Assembly (NCBI GenBank): GCA_000004985.1
Contig: GG738891.1
Direction: 5' to 3' (one strand)
Length of the DNA stretch: 64,000 nt
From: Naegleria gruberi
Taxonomy: Eukaryota
Below the pieces are notes generated by a model, which was not told where the DNA came from, did not search any database, and was given only the letters and a program-made list of their open reading frames with translations. Within the stretch, counting starts at the first letter, position 1; every line of letters begins with the position of its first letter. Of this stretch, positions 33,391-44,103 are shown piece after piece. The position numbers and the translations under genes were made by a program.

Positions 33391-34635
33391 TTGACGAGTA
33401 GTCTATTCTTGTCACAAAAATATTTACAACAAGAAATCAAAAAAAAAATGTTGATATTACTGATTAGAATTGCTTTGGTGGCACTAGTCTGTTTGTTATG
33501 TTTAAAATTCGGTATTGCTTCACCTTCATACTTGATCGCTCCATCAGTATTTATTATAGCTCTTGATTTGTTCTATCACGTTAATCAAGAAAGAGACGAA
33601 ACAAGACATGATGAAGATGAAATAGAAAATGAATCAGTTGATGATGATAAACTTATTCAACAAGTTATTACACAAGAAGAATCTCATCAACCTGAAACTA
33701 ATGTTGAAAATAGTTTAGACGCCAGTTTACCAACAGAAACTAGTGACCATCCATTGGAGGACTTTGAAGAGCCACCTGTCAATGTGTCAGATACAAATAA
33801 TGAAGATATAAAAGGTAAAGAAGAAATTGTTTCGTCAATTTCGTTGTTGGATCTGCAAGATGAGCCTTTACAGATTGTTGAGCAAATAACAGTCACACCA
33901 TTAAATCATGATGTTTCTTCTGAAGAAGAATCTAAAGAATTGCCATTCACCATTTCAAAGAAACTAAAAACTTCTATTGAATATTTAGAAGAGGAAGAAC
34001 TTCAAAAGATTGAAGCCAATGCTGAACACTTTGAAAAAGTTGACATTCTTTTGAAAACTGATCTGAATTTCATTGAAAGAGCTGTAAATGTTAATTGTAA
34101 TGTTTTAAAGTTGCTGAAGGAAGATGAACTTTTAACTGTTTTAGAAAGATATGAATACTTGTTTGCGCAACTTGACAACATATACCAGAAGAATGTAGAA
34201 TTTGTAAAGAAAGTGCTGGAAAGAAATCGCCAAGTTTACTTGTACTTAACAGATGTTGATACTATTGCACTATTGTTAGAGGAAGAAATTATTTCTGGAA
34301 GATCTTTGGATGATTTTGTCATAAGCTCCAACTTGCTAAAACGTGTCATTCTCAAGTTGACAAAAGATCCAAAATTTTACATTGATCACAGAAATGAAAT
34401 ATTATCTCTACTGGGTGGTGATCCGTGGTTACATAGATGTTTTTTCCCATTCATTAGTGATGATAAGGAAATTGTCATTGAAGCAGTAAGGGAGGATGGT
34501 TTCAATTTACAATATGCTTCTGATCGATTGAGAGGTGACAGAGATGTTATTATAGTAGCACTAAGGAACAATCGTTTAGCAAGAAATTTCATAAGAAGGG
34601 ATTTCTATGAAAAGTATGGAGAACCTTGCTTTTAA
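33391..34635 (+). CDS. membrane-anchored protein with an acidic region and C-terminal DUF4116-type repeats, 414 aa
   Basis: An N-terminal transmembrane helix and a D/E-rich tract. C-terminal repeats such as VREDGFNLQYASDRLRGDRDVIIVALRNN are typical of DUF4116. Confidence 0.45.
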   Translation: MTSSLFLSQKYLQQEIKKKMLILLIRIALVALVCLLCLKFGIASPSYLIAPSVFIIALDLFYHVNQERDETRHDEDEIENESVDDDKLIQQVITQEESHQPETNVENSLDASLPTETSDHPLEDFEEPPVNVSDTNNEDIKGKEEIVSSISLLDLQDEPLQIVEQITVTPLNHDVSSEEESKELPFTISKKLKTSIEYLEEEELQKIEANAEHFEKVDILLKTDLNFIERAVNVNCNVLKLLKEDELLTVLERYEYLFAQLDNIYQKNVEFVKKVLERNRQVYLYLTDVDTIALLLEEEIISGRSLDDFVISSNLLKRVILKLTKDPKFYIDHRNEILSLLGGDPWLHRCFFPFISDDKEIVIEAVREDGFNLQYASDRLRGDRDVIIVALRNNRLARNFIRRDFYEKYGEPCF

Positions 34636-34714
34636 TTGAAAACAAGAATAAATATAGCTAAATCAAACTCCCTTGAGATCCACTTTACACTAATCATAGA
34701 AATTGTGGAGCAAG

Positions 34715-37700
34715 TTAGTTCAGAAAGTAAGGAAGAGCTAACAAATCTGAAGCATTTGGTCGTTGATTTGCATCCTTTTGTAACATTTGTATCACAATTT
34801 CAATTAAATCATTCGAATATTCTCCATTAATTGATTCTTTCATTTGATTTGTTAGAATATTAACGGCACTTCCTGATTGATTTCCCAAGAGTAAATTACT
34901 TATCGAAGTTGAATAATCTCTTGTCATGATTTGGTAAATTGAAACACCCATTGAAAATATGTCAGTGTTAAATGAATAAGAACTTCCAAGAGCAATTTCA
35001 GGACTCATATCTTTACAATCTGGGTGTTAAATAGACCAATTATGTAAAAACTTACACAGTGGAGTTCCAACATAGGATTGACCTTTCATTTCTTGAAACT
35101 TTTTTGCCAATCCAAAATCTGCAATTACAATTTCAATTTTTTCTTTTGATAATTTCTTAATAAATATATTGGTTGGCTTAATATCTCTATAATTAACAAA
35201 AATATATCAAAAATTAAAGAATAATGTCTAACATACCTATGAATAATAGATAAAACATCATGAACATATTTCAGAGCACTCAAAGATTGTTTCAAAATTT
35301 GTTTCACAATTATTTCACTACAATTCTCTTTCAAAAATCTTGTCAAATCACCACATTCATAATAATCCATATCAATACAAAGTAAATTATCACTAGTAAT
35401 AAAGTAATCATTCACTTTGATAATATTTGGATGATTGATATTACTCAATTGAGATGCTTCTTTCATAATACTATTTAAATCTGTGAATGATTCAAATTTA
35501 ACAATTTTAACAGCTTTGATTTGATTTCCTTTCTTGGAATCGTTGGCTTTGAATACACTTCCAAATGCTCCTTGACCAATTCTTGTTATATTACTATATC
35601 TGGAAAACGTATCTTCGGTATCAGAAGTAACTGAACCCATCGATGATGAAATAATTCTTGATGATTCTGTTGGGAAATCTGATAATTCAATAATTTCAGT
35701 ATCTATTTTTGCAATTTCAACATTCTTATTCTTCTTTCTCTTTAACGATAACATGACTATTACAATAATAATTATTACAATAATTGTAATAATCAATAAA
35801 GTACCAACAATTGGTACTACAATAGAAATAATGAGAACAGTGGATGTGTCAACCGATGACGCCTTCTTAATTTGACAAAATTCTCCTTCAAAACCCTCAT
35901 TACATTTACAAGTATTGGTTTGGACACATTGTCCATTTCCATTACAAACATTTGAATTTGAAGAGAGAGTTCCATTACATTGTATAGGTTGACAATTACT
36001 TCCATAAAACCCTTCCAAACATACACAGGTATTATTCCATGAATTAAATGCTGAATTCTCACCACAAACTGGATAAATTTTTCGAATAAGTTTTCTGTTG
36101 TCAAACAAGAAAATTGAACCATCACTTTCCTCATATTCAACACTTGTTAAGAAGGAAACGAATGAAGTATACGTTCCTTTACCATCTCCATTGAATTTTG
36201 GATTTTCAAGTCTAACACCAGCAATATCCACAAGTAAACCTGTTTCTTTCTCATACATTCTAACAAGAGTACTGTCCAAAATAATGATATCACCATTTCT
36301 TTTTTGTTTCATAGCATAAATTTTTTCAAGCAAAGAGATACCAGCAGGCAGATTATTACCTGAATATCCACTATCTGAAGTTCCTGCAATTGTTCGCAAA
36401 TACAATTCATTTTCAGACATTATCTCAATTTTTTTAACACTAGTCGCAGTAGAGAAATAGATAGAACTTCCTTGAATTATAATATTGGTTATTGTACCAG
36501 GTTTTGTTTGATTAGTAATAGGTCCATCAGGTGAATCATTTCCGAATGTGAATTGGGCAACTCTTGTAATCATTTGAGTTGATATTTCATACTTCGCAAT
36601 GATAAAGAGAGTTGCTATAAATAAATCACCATTTGTTTCATTGACAGCTAGATAGGTATTACTTAATGGGAGAGTTGTATCAAGTCCCTTAACATTAAAA
36701 GTGAGAGTACCACATCCTTTTCCAATAATTCTTTCGAATTTCATTGTCTCTGGATCTATCCTTAATACTCTACACGCCTCCTTAACATAGATTTTCCTAT
36801 CAAAATTTGAAAATATCATAGAAGAAGCAACGTAACCTAAAGAGAGGAAATTAGGTTCATAAATATACGTATAAGGTACCATTATAGTACTTGGGCTCAA
36901 TGGGGTAGTAATACCTGTTTTTTCATCATATTTCTTCAATGATTTCGTATCTATAAAGTAAATTACCTTATTTAGCGGATCTCTTGCAAATGATGAAGCT
37001 ATTTGAATTCCAACACTTGGATTTAATCCAGCAATAGTTGAAATATTACCATTGGAAACTTGTGAAATGTAATTTGTACCTGTGAGCAATATTTTGGTTG
37101 GTTCATAACAATCGACTCTCTGAATTTGTCTGTAAAATACACATTTCACTATGTTTGAAGAATTTGTAAAATACTTACAATGCCGACTCCATTACTGGAA
37201 TATCTTCTCCACTATAACCAACAACTTCGAATGACGCATTGGAAATATTAATGCTATCCAAACCTGCAATTCTATTCAATGAAAAATTCTCAATATTCAA
37301 TTCGAATAATTTTGATGTCATTCCAATATAGAATTTACCTTCATAACAAGAAAAAAAAGTATAACCAGGTAAATCTCGACTGTACAATTGAAAAGATTGA
37401 TTACTATAATGAATAATTTCATAAAATGTTATTTGACCGTAGTATCCAAAGATAGAAGTACTGTTTGGATATCTATAATTGGGAATAACACAAAATCCAT
37501 AACTTGAAAAATATGATTTAAAAGGTATAATCGTTTGTTGATAAATCATGTTTTTGTAATAATGAAAATAACCATTAACATCTAATATATAAATTGATGA
37601 ATTAGCAAGAGAATTTCCAATTACAGAAATGGCTTCTCCATAATCTGATAATTGTGAAAAATTTCCATTTTCCATATTTAAATAGTACAGGCCTAAATTT

Positions 37701-39072
37701 GGACTAAGTTGTGATAAAATCAATAATTCACCGCTCTCAAGACAATGTAGTTCCCTTATTTGTTGTAAATAAATTCTTTGAGGAATATTTGAATAAGTTA
37801 AAAGTCTGTCACTTCCAAATACAGTAGTCATTTTTCCATTGGAAACTTTTCTAATAATATTTAATTTTTCAACAAAATAAAATTCATTCTTGTACATAAA
37901 AGGATAATTAACATTGCCAGTTTCATACATTTTCAAAGGTGAAATATTTTCACCATACGGATGATTAACTATTCCACCAGATAGAGTTGAAACCATTCTA
38001 TTTTGTAAATTAATCATTCTAAGACAATTATTCGACTTGTCAGCAATAATAATTGAATTCTGATACAGTAATAATGAAGATGGTTCATAAAATTTAATAT
38101 TCAATGAAGAATATTCTTCCAAATCACCTGAATATCCACTGCTGAATGAAGAACTTCCAATAAAGAGCTTAGTTTCACTTGATTTTGATAATTTCATTTG
38201 TAGAAAGTTGTTAGTTTGTGAGGAGGTGTAAATTTCTCCTTGTTCTGTAACAAATATTCCAAATCTTGACAAATTTAGTACTATTTCATAAAAAAGACTT
38301 ACAAATTAGATTGAGGTGAATTTTGATCAACTATTCTAAACTTTCCATTTTCATCAACTGATCTCACTCTATCAGCATCAGTAAAATAAACAATTTCATT
38401 CTTTCCATTCGAAACAACGTATAAACTCTTTGGTGAATTCAAAATCAATGAAGTTCCGTCCGCTCCGTCAATTTCCTGTTGAATTCCACTCAAATATCCA
38501 CCACCTGCAATGATTGAAAGTTTCTGTGTGGAAATTTCATACTTTTTAATGAGATTATTTCCAGTATCTGCAATGTAAATATTTCCGTTCTTTGTTACAA
38601 ACACTCCTTGTGGTTTGTTGAATGAATATTGAAGAGAAGAAACTAATTTAGTTGAATTCGAAACCATTCGAATCTTGTCATTTAAAGTATCTGCAATATA
38701 CAAGTCACCATTTAATGGATTTTGAGAAATTGAAGTTGGTGTATTAAATAGAGTTTTTAAATTTGAATAACCATCACCATTAAATCCACTCAACCCAAAT
38801 CCTGCATAAATTTCAACAATTGACATGTCGACTATTCTAAAAATCAAATGCCTTCCAACATCTGACACAAAAATATCATTGTTCAAACCAAGGCATAACC
38901 CTGTTGGTAATTGCATGTATGCATCCCGAATAGCAACTTTATCATAATTATTATTCACACCAGCCAATGTTTGAGTTTGAAAATATTCAACTTTTGACAG
39001 ACCATGGCAGCAGGAAGAAATTAATAAACATGTAAAAAAGATAAGAATCTCCTTGGTTGGCAGAGGTACCAT
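34715..39072 (-). CDS. receptor-type Ser/Thr kinase of about 1391 aa, 5 exons: signal peptide, multiple NHL-like beta-propeller repeats, an EGF-like module, one transmembrane helix and a NEK-like kinase domain
   Basis: Exons 38303..39072, 37179..38264, 35237..37129, 35056..35186 and 34715..35010. Introns are 38, 49, 50 and 45 nt with GTAAGT or GTATGT donors. The transmembrane helix is IISIVVPIVGTLLIITIIVIIIIVIV. Kinase motifs are GQGAFGSV, VAVK-like AVKIV, HRDIKPTNIF, DFGLAK and GTPLYMSPE, which is NEK-like. The GTPLY/MSPE join restores the motif. Confidence 0.7.
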
Positions 39073-39497
39073 GAATGTGTGTTGCGATGTTTTTTTGCGG
39101 TGTTATCTATCCACAACCTCCATTCCGGTCATGACCAATATTTACAAATTCAAAAAAAAATTTGATGGAAATAATATGATTGGTTGGTTTGGTCCGGTAC
39201 TGTGAGAACATGAAATAACTGATCAACTTCCATTACATAGGTTTTTGCTCATTCATTAGTTAAAAATCCACGAGTTCCTCTTTCAACTGTAAATTTCATT
39301 CTCTGTGAGCAACTTGCTTTCTTGTTATTGTTGTTCTTGAACGAAAATTCTCACAAATTTCTCGAGCTTTTTTCGGTGGCAAGCCTTTTCATATTTAAAC
39401 TGTTCTCCATCCCAACACAAGGTTCATCAAAATACATTTTTTTTAAATCTCATTTCCTAACTTGAATCAAGTTGACTGGATTTTACAATAAAAAATA

Positions 39498-41060
39498 ATG
39501 ATACCAAACAATCATCATACCCCAACAACAACAGTGAACAAAGATATCTCCTCCTCCGAGCAAGGACTTTATAGTCTTGGACCTAAAACACGATTAAAAG
39601 GTTTTCATAAATCACACTATTCTCCACAATTGTCAACCAGCAGCAAGCCTTCAATTATTCTTCCATCATCATCATCATCATCAGTGCTTATTAATTATGA
39701 TCCACATGATCGGGGAGAAGGCTCATCATCATCAGCACATAATATTACGAATACGAGTAGTAATACTACTCATTCATTGATTAATAATAATAATAATTTA
39801 ATTTTGGGAGATTGTGATGGAGAGGATCAACAGTGTTCAACATTATCAAATCAATCAACAATGATTTCCTCTTCGTTTGGAACTTCGTTTCTACTCTCTA
39901 ATGATTTGTTGAATAGAGTGGATGGATCAAACCGTTCCATTTACGAAATATCGAATCAATCGAGATATAATCCAAGGAATGTGGAAGATTTTGGGAAGAG
40001 TAAGATCTTGTTTCATAGAGCTTGTAAGGAGGGTTCTTTGAGGAAAGTTATTAGAATGTTGGATGACGATAATGGTTTGATAAATTCCAGATATGAGAAT
40101 GTCACTCCACTCTATGCATGTATTGAGGAGAATAGTTATGAGGTATTCAAAGAATTATTAGATAGAAAGGCAATTATTACAGAAGGATTTCTCGAAAAAG
40201 TCATTGAACGAAATGGAGAATCATGCACAAAGATTAGCTGTTTGTATTTGGCTATTCATTTGGGAAAATACACAATAGTGGAGGATTTAATGAGGAAAGC
40301 CAACTTTATGGATATCAATATTGGGAAAGTGGTCAAGAATAGACAATCTACTAAATTTAAGGAAACTCCATTGTTTTTGGCTGTTCGATTAGGAGATATC
40401 AAAATGATCAAGACACTTTTGAGCGACACTCGATTTTGGCCCCATTTCAATCTTGTACATAGTATGGTTTCAAAAAATTATGGAGACAGTATTTCCAATA
40501 CTATATTTCAAGCACTGTTTAGTATTGAGGGAAGGACATTTTTGGAAAGGGAGAGAAGGTCAAGAGATTGCTTTTTGGAAATTAAGAAAATGTACAACTC
40601 TATTGACCCACCAATTGCTTCGATTCAAGAAATTACCTCTGACATTAAGCCATTTTCTCTTTTGCATTTCAGTAGATGCTCCTATAGTGGAACGTCACTA
40701 AAAACCATCCACAGCCCTCTTTATTTGGCCATTATGAATGAAAATGATTACTTGACAAGAGAACTTGTGAGCTGCGTTCCAAACAAGCACTTTGGTGAAT
40801 TTGTTTCCAAGTCGAATGAAACCGAATCTTGCCTGTATTTGGCAATCTACAAACGAAGTATACATGTAATTATATATTTATTAAGAATTAATGCAGATAC
40901 ATTGGAAGATGTAGACAAGTTGCGAGAGTTTGCCAGTGGAGAAGGTATTCATCTTGACCATTACATCAAAGTAGCAAGATACTTTACTAATCGAATGTAT
41001 AATCTAGCTAAGGGGATTGTAGATCATTACTCTGATTTAGAAATAATTACTCAACAATAA
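39498..41060 (+). CDS. ankyrin-repeat protein with a Ser-rich N-terminal region, 520 aa
   Basis: Single ORF. ANK motifs include TPLYACIEE..., LYLAIHLGKYTIVEDLM and TPLFLAVRLGDIKMIKTLL. Confidence 0.6.
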   Translation: MIPNNHHTPTTTVNKDISSSEQGLYSLGPKTRLKGFHKSHYSPQLSTSSKPSIILPSSSSSSVLINYDPHDRGEGSSSSAHNITNTSSNTTHSLINNNNNLILGDCDGEDQQCSTLSNQSTMISSSFGTSFLLSNDLLNRVDGSNRSIYEISNQSRYNPRNVEDFGKSKILFHRACKEGSLRKVIRMLDDDNGLINSRYENVTPLYACIEENSYEVFKELLDRKAIITEGFLEKVIERNGESCTKISCLYLAIHLGKYTIVEDLMRKANFMDINIGKVVKNRQSTKFKETPLFLAVRLGDIKMIKTLLSDTRFWPHFNLVHSMVSKNYGDSISNTIFQALFSIEGRTFLERERRSRDCFLEIKKMYNSIDPPIASIQEITSDIKPFSLLHFSRCSYSGTSLKTIHSPLYLAIMNENDYLTRELVSCVPNKHFGEFVSKSNETESCLYLAIYKRSIHVIIYLLRINADTLEDVDKLREFASGEGIHLDHYIKVARYFTNRMYNLAKGIVDHYSDLEIITQQ

Positions 41061-41069
41061 GAAATCACA

Positions 41070-41354
41070 TTATTTATTTAATTTTACCTTATTCACTTCA
41101 ATTTCAAAGTTAAGAGCTCTTCCGCATCCATTACATTCATCTTCAACAATCAATATGTAAGCTTTATTAGCTTTGTCCTCATATAATAGCCAAGCATTCT
41201 GATTATAACACTCGTCACTACAATAAATCATTTCGTCTGGAAAAATCCAATCTTCTCCACATTTGCAACTCAACTCACCACAATCATCACAAGTGATTCT
41301 GAAAGAAGTTGCAACTGAACAAATTTTATCACAACCAGAACATTTAGGTTTCAT
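41070..41354 (-). CDS. small cysteine-rich protein (putative zinc-binding), 94 aa
   Basis: ORF with 14 Cys in CxxC spacing. No known domain recognised. Confidence 0.3.
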   Translation of the reverse strand: MKPKCSGCDKICSVATSFRITCDDCGELSCKCGEDWIFPDEMIYCSDECYNQNAWLLYEDKANKAYILIVEDECNGCGRALNFEIEVNKVKLNK

Positions 41355-41486
41355 TTTCTTATTTTTTTAGAATAAAGTTGGTGAGAATGATGAAAAGTTT
41401 GAATTGTGCTTGACAAATTAAGCACTTAAAGTGCTATAAGACCCTTTGTAAAATTAAATAAGCAATAACTGAAAATGATAAATAGT

Positions 41487-42620
41487 TTATAATAAATCAA
41501 GAATTTCATCTAAACCCTTAACAACTCTATCGTAATCATCTTCAAAGCCAACAGCCAATCTAATGAGAGTATTTCCATCCTTTTCTGTAGGCCATGGATC
41601 AGTTCTTGATAATTTACTTCCAAATGAAGTCTTGTGTTCAATAATTTTGACACGAGTCAAGACATCTAGAATTTGTGATTTGGTTCCCTTAACTTTGAAT
41701 GTGAAAACACTTGGCACTAAAACTTCATCATCAACTTTAGAGAAATACTTGGCAACTAAAGCATGAGTTGGATGAGTGGAAATAATAGGATGATTAATTT
41801 GCAATACCTTTGGATGTTTGCTCAAGTGTTCTGTGATTATTTTCTTAGTCAACTTGGAAGAGCTTTGAATTCTTGTATCGATATCTGACAAGTGTTGATG
41901 AACTAATTCACAATGGAGAGGAGAAACGTGATTTCCATTTACAATCATCCATTCTGAAATATTCTTCATTGAATTCTTTGATCTAGCCAAAACATATCCT
42001 CCAATACAAGTTCCAGCACTGTAATACTTTGTCATTGATGAAACAACATAATCAACTTGTTTCACACTAAAAGGATTGAAAATAGTTTCTGTCAACCAAG
42101 TATTATCCACAATTGTTGTCAATGACTTGGAAAGAGAACCCAATTTCTGAAGAATTGTAAAGTCAAATATTTTACCATTTGGATTAGAACATGCCTCAAT
42201 AAACAAGACATTCACTTGCTTTAGTAACTTTTCTTGAAATAAGGCAACAATCTTTTGTGGATAGGCCACGTCAACACTCACCAAATTAACATTTGTATAA
42301 TTCTTAGCTAACCAATTGAATAACCTAGGAGAATCACAATATAATTCATTGGAATAAATTAAATTGATTGGACCAAATTTGTTTTGCATCATAATACCAT
42401 GAAGTGTGGCACTAATCGACTGCATACCTGAGGCTGCAAGTTGGCAAGCCTTTGCATGAGGATCATGTCTTTTCATCAATAATTCTTGAAGTTGAATATT
42501 ATCGGGTGAGGATGATCGATTGTAGAAGAATTTCCCTTCCGATACTTCTCCGAGTACTAAATGTTCATCTTCAAATCGTTGATTCATGGCAACAGGTGTT
42601 GTGAGAGGTCTGCTTTGCAT
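41487..42620 (-). CDS. PLP-dependent Cys/Met-metabolism enzyme of the cystathionine gamma-synthase / beta-lyase / gamma-lyase family, 377 aa
   Basis: The Lys motif SSMTKYYSAG is of the SxTKY type. The C-terminal family signature LIRLAVGFEDDYDRVVKGLDEILDLL matches RLSVGIEDxDDL. Confidence 0.65.
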   Translation of the reverse strand: MQSRPLTTPVAMNQRFEDEHLVLGEVSEGKFFYNRSSSPDNIQLQELLMKRHDPHAKACQLAASGMQSISATLHGIMMQNKFGPINLIYSNELYCDSPRLFNWLAKNYTNVNLVSVDVAYPQKIVALFQEKLLKQVNVLFIEACSNPNGKIFDFTILQKLGSLSKSLTTIVDNTWLTETIFNPFSVKQVDYVVSSMTKYYSAGTCIGGYVLARSKNSMKNISEWMIVNGNHVSPLHCELVHQHLSDIDTRIQSSSKLTKKIITEHLSKHPKVLQINHPIISTHPTHALVAKYFSKVDDEVLVPSVFTFKVKGTKSQILDVLTRVKIIEHKTSFGSKLSRTDPWPTEKDGNTLIRLAVGFEDDYDRVVKGLDEILDLL

Positions 42621-42770
42621 TTTGTTTTGGTTATTATTTGGTGATGTGAGTGCAGCTAAATTATTTTTAAATGTTTACAATATTTCTCAAGTTTGAAATT
42701 GAAAGGATAAATGAGAAGAATAAAGGTTGAATATGAAGGATCATGATTGAGGATAATAAATAATTTAATT

Positions 42771-44041
42771 TTACATCATTGAAACGTCTCCATCAGCATC
42801 AGTTTGTAAGGTTTTGGAAATGTAGGATGCTAGGGAAAGTAACTGTAAAAATTCATCAGCTCCATCAATTAAACACTTATCACATTCGGATATTTTCAAT
42901 AGAATCTTACTTCTTTGAATATCATCCATTTTAACACAACAAGCTTCGCTCAATAAATATCGTCCAAGTTGGGTAATTATTTGATAGGCAGCAAAACCTT
43001 GCTTGATAATCTTATTCACACCACTACGTATCACACCTAGGTCAGTTTGTTGGGAAAGGGTTAAAATTTCTTCTATGATTTCATCTGGAACTAGACCAGA
43101 AATTTCAGCTATATGATTTTGTGAAATAGCATTACCAAACATTCTAGAGGCACTTTGTAATGTTGTGATGGCCTTTCTCAAATCTCCTTCAGAGTGACCT
43201 ACAATAGTATCCAAAACTTTTTCATCTTTAAGTGTTATTCCCTCCTGATTAGCAATATATTGTAATCTTTCTTTAAGTAATGAATACTCGAGTGGTTTAA
43301 ATCTGAATTTAGCACATCTTGATGTGATTGGATCAATAATACGACTCACATAGTTACAAATTAAACAGAATCTGGTGACATTAGAATAGGTTTCCATAGT
43401 TCTACGCAATGCAGATTGAGCATCTACAGTCATTGAGTCAGCTTCATCAAGAATAATAATTTTAAAAGGAGGACATGGATACTTTCCCTTTCCTGTTGGA
43501 TTTTCACTCACAGCTGTTTGAGCAAATGTTTTAACTTTAGTTCTAATAACATTGATACCTCTTTCATCACTCGCATTCAATTCCAATACTCTAGTTTTAT
43601 ATAATTCTGGTCCAAATAATTGTTTAGCAATAGCAGTTGCTGTACTTGTTTTACCATTACCAGGAGGTCCCTAAAATTTCATCCATTGTTAAATTTTGTT
43701 GATGATGAACATCTCCTGATACACTATTTACTTACATAGAAAAGCAAGTGAGGAAGATTGCCCACCTCCAAACTCTTCTTCAGAGCACTAACAACCTCTT
43801 CTTGGTGCACAACATCATCCACAGTCTTTGGACGGCTGAATTAATTTAAATTCCAATTTTTGTCGGAATCAATGATCATCACCACAATAAATATTTATCA
43901 TCAAAAACCAACAACACAATATTCACCAACAACACAATCATCATTATCATTTTAGAATCACAATAAGCACTCTCATCACACTAAAAAAAACACTGCTACA
44001 TACTACTTTTCAGTCCATGGTTGTTGTGATTTTTGATTCAT
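42771..44041 (-). CDS. RFC4: replication factor C small subunit, RFC4 ortholog, about 345 aa, 3 exons
   Basis: Exons 44004..44041 ([13 protein letters not shown]), 43736..43835 ([33 protein letters not shown]) and 42771..43670 ([10 protein letters not shown]...DEADSMT...SRC...). Donors are GTATGT and GTAAGT. The sequence is collinear with human RFC4 over PWVEKYRPK...LLFYGPPGTGKTST...[11 protein letters not shown]. Confidence 0.85.
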
Positions 44042-44103
44042 TTTTTTTAAATTTTTGGCGGCAAAACAATTAAACGGAAATTGCTTTTTATCACCCGCAA
44101 AAA
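44042..44103. promoter_or_regulatory. 62-bp divergent intergenic region shared by RFC4 (minus strand) and the LRR gene (plus strand). Putative bidirectional promoter.
   Basis: The start codons at 44041 (minus) and 44104 (plus) are separated by only 62 bp of A/T-rich sequence. Confidence 0.3.

Noticed and set aside
41487-42620. Assignment of the PLP enzyme as a class-V aminotransferase or cysteine desulfurase
   Set aside because: The Lys motif (SxTKY) and the C-terminal RLAVGFED signature fit the Cys/Met-metabolism gamma-family better than NifS-like enzymes.
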